Virus record (IMG/VR): IMGVR_UViG_3300037424_001928
Location: 1-26,596 of that record
Reading direction: 5' to 3' (one strand)
DNA length: 26,596 bases
From: a virus
Taxonomy: Duplodnaviria; Caudoviricetes
This document shows positions 24,994 through 26,596 of this stretch, in pieces; position 1 is the stretch's first letter, and each line of letters starts with the position of its first letter. A model generated the notes under the pieces. The model worked only from the letters and a program-made list of their open reading frames with translations, ran no database searches and had not been told where the DNA came from. A program made the position numbers and the translations under genes.

Positions 24994-25464
24994 TCAGAAA
25001 TCGCTTTCGGCAATGGGGTCAGTAGTGCCATACTTGGCGAAGATAAGGGCGTCGAGCAGGTCCTCACAAGTACTAATCGTGTCACCGCTAATAATGGTGT
25101 TATCACCGCAAAAGCCGGACCAGGTAGCAGCCAAGAGGCTTTCAGGGTCAACTACCGGCCCCGGCCTTACAATGACAATACTATCCGTGTAGGCGCATTG
25201 TTCACCGGGGGTACCGGTAAGATTTACCTGGATTTCATAATAGCCGGTGCCGTCGTCGTCCTCGTGGTCAAGATAGGCGATGACTGTGGTGTCTGACAGG
25301 TCAAGTTCGTAGCAGTCGGACAGGATTTGCTGGGCCTGTCGGGCAATTTCTTTCCATTCAGCCGCTCTGCGTTTGGCTTCCTCTTCCCGACTGCGGATAT
25401 AGGTTTCACGGGCCAGTCGTTTCTCTTTCAACCGGCTGGCAATGGCTTCGTCTACGGTTTTCAT
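24994..25464 (-). CDS. Hypothetical protein
   Basis: TGATG coupling; AGGGAG upstream. Confidence 0.7.
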   Translation of the reverse strand: MKTVDEAIASRLKEKRLARETYIRSREEEAKRRAAEWKEIARQAQQILSDCYELDLSDTTVIAYLDHEDDDGTGYYEIQVNLTGTPGEQCAYTDSIVIVRPGPVVDPESLLAATWSGFCGDNTIISGDTISTCEDLLDALIFAKYGTTDPIAESDF

Positions 25465-25841
25465 CAGATAAAAAATCTCCCTTCGGGTAATTTCATAAAC
25501 GGTTCCTGAGCTTTCTTCAGCAGCTTTTCGGCCCGGTTAAAATTCACCTCGTAGGCCGATAACTCTGGATTTTCACTAATCGCCGCTTCCCAGGCGGTCT
25601 TGTCCAGTTGGGGGGTTTTGGGCTGGGTCCAGCCACACGAGCCGACGGCCGTTCGTTTGGCAACCTCGCCGGTGGAGCGGAGTTCGTTCTCAGCCAGGCT
25701 CAGAGCGGCTTTTTTGATTTCTTCAAACTGGGCAATGGCGGCATTGGCTTCTTTGTAGACAGCGATGGCGCTGTCTACGTCTTCAAACTGGGCCAGTATG
25801 GCAGCGAGTTCGGCTTCTGATTTCACTTCTTCACCTTCCAT
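25464..25841 (-). CDS. Hypothetical helical protein
   Basis: GAGGA RBS; packed operon. Confidence 0.7.
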   Translation of the reverse strand: MEGEEVKSEAELAAILAQFEDVDSAIAVYKEANAAIAQFEEIKKAALSLAENELRSTGEVAKRTAVGSCGWTQPKTPQLDKTAWEAAISENPELSAYEVNFNRAEKLLKKAQEPFMKLPEGRFFI

Positions 25842-26245
25842 CCTTTTTCCTCAAGTAGTGCCTCCGAAAATTCGTCTAAGGCGCTCTCGAAAGCCGTCGC
25901 CGGGATAATGTGATTTGGTAAAAACCACGGCTCCGGTTGCGCCGGTTCCGGCAACCCTAGCACCTGCCGTACTTTGGCCGTAATACCAATCAGGTCACCG
26001 GAGGCGTCGAAGACTTGCCCACCAATCTCGACAATCCACTCTCCGGATTTTTCCCGGTTGCGGCGAATGGAGGCGTCCCCAAGGCGTAACATGGGAACGC
26101 GGTCGGTGGGGTGGGTCTCGTCGTTGTGGCAGGTCCAGCCAAGGCGTTTGAGTAGGGTGTAGGCGTCATTGAGGGACCGGGCGCTCTCCATGGCGTGGCG
26201 GCGGAGTGAATTGTGGATGCCGTTTTTGTAGCGATTGTCAGCCAT
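25823..26245 (-). CDS. Hypothetical protein
   Basis: AAGGAG RBS; overlaps its neighbours. Confidence 0.7.
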   Translation of the reverse strand: MADNRYKNGIHNSLRRHAMESARSLNDAYTLLKRLGWTCHNDETHPTDRVPMLRLGDASIRRNREKSGEWIVEIGGQVFDASGDLIGITAKVRQVLGLPEPAQPEPWFLPNHIIPATAFESALDEFSEALLEEKGWKVKK

Positions 26246-26596
26246 TGTCTATCTCCTTTGCGAGGACCAGAACGGGCTTGCCGCTTCGTCTGTCAACTGC
26301 GCATGATCCAGGCGAAAGAATAGAAAATTGAACGTTTGTAGACCATCGCTCATGGACTAAAACCGTGGCGCTGCCGTAGGCTTCGACCGTGGCGCTGCCG
26401 GAGGCTCGAACCGTGGCGCTGCCGTAGGCTCGAACCGTGGCGCTGCCGGAGGCTTCGACCGTGGCGCTGCCGTAGGCTTCGACCGTGGCGCTGTCGGAGG
26501 CTCGAACCGTGGCGCTGCCGTAGGCTCGAACCGTGGCGCTGTCGGAGGCTCGAACCGTGGCGCTGCCGGAGATAAGCACAAGGCCAATATGGACCT
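26238..26596 (-). CDS. Octapeptide-repeat (A[YS][GD]SATV[RE]) beta-solenoid-like phage protein, 5' end outside window
   Basis: Frame open to the window edge (...VHIGLVLISGSATVRA); 8 full repeats plus a partial one. Confidence 0.8.
   Translation of the reverse strand, partial: VHIGLVLISGSATVRASDSATVRAYGSATVRASDSATVEAYGSATVEASGSATVRAYGSATVRASGSATVEAYGSATVLVHERWSTNVQFSILSPGSCAVDRRSGKPVLVLAKEIDNG
26362..26571. repeat. 24-bp tandem repeat, 8 full units plus a partial unit
   Basis: Unit accgtggcgctg(c/t)cg(t/g)aggct(tcg/cga), contiguous with no spacers. Confidence 0.95.

Noticed and set aside
26362-26571. Possible CRISPR array
   Set aside because: Units are contiguous 24-mers with no unique spacers, they keep frame in a coding repeat, and no cas genes are present.

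Overview
A 26.6-kb segment of a temperate, long-tailed (siphovirus-like) phage. The host is probably a Chloroflexota bacterium, inferred only from a 'VYLPVIL' motif. The + strand (1-7228) carries the tail module: tape measure, a Dit-like protein with carbohydrate-binding and beta-propeller inserts, a Gp37-like baseplate protein and a small tail protein. The - strand (7284-26596) is a long early/replication/recombination region. It contains a large serine integrase with an attP-like palindrome inside its own 3' end, a deleted HerA-like ATPase, a direct-repeat-flanked GNAT + TGT-like cassette, an SNF2-helicase/amino-methyltransferase fusion, a C5 methyltransferase, DnaB, an O-like initiator with iterons, a DUF559 nuclease, a Gp3/RDF-like protein and many small ORFs. 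One + strand HTH repressor with operators and a strong leftward promoter interrupts it. The most striking feature is an endonuclease VII-type homing-endonuclease-like gene with its own RBS, overprinted in the +1 frame inside the helicase-methylase gene; the host frame stays open across the insertion and no intron or intein is visible. All family calls come from motif recognition by eye, not from database searches.
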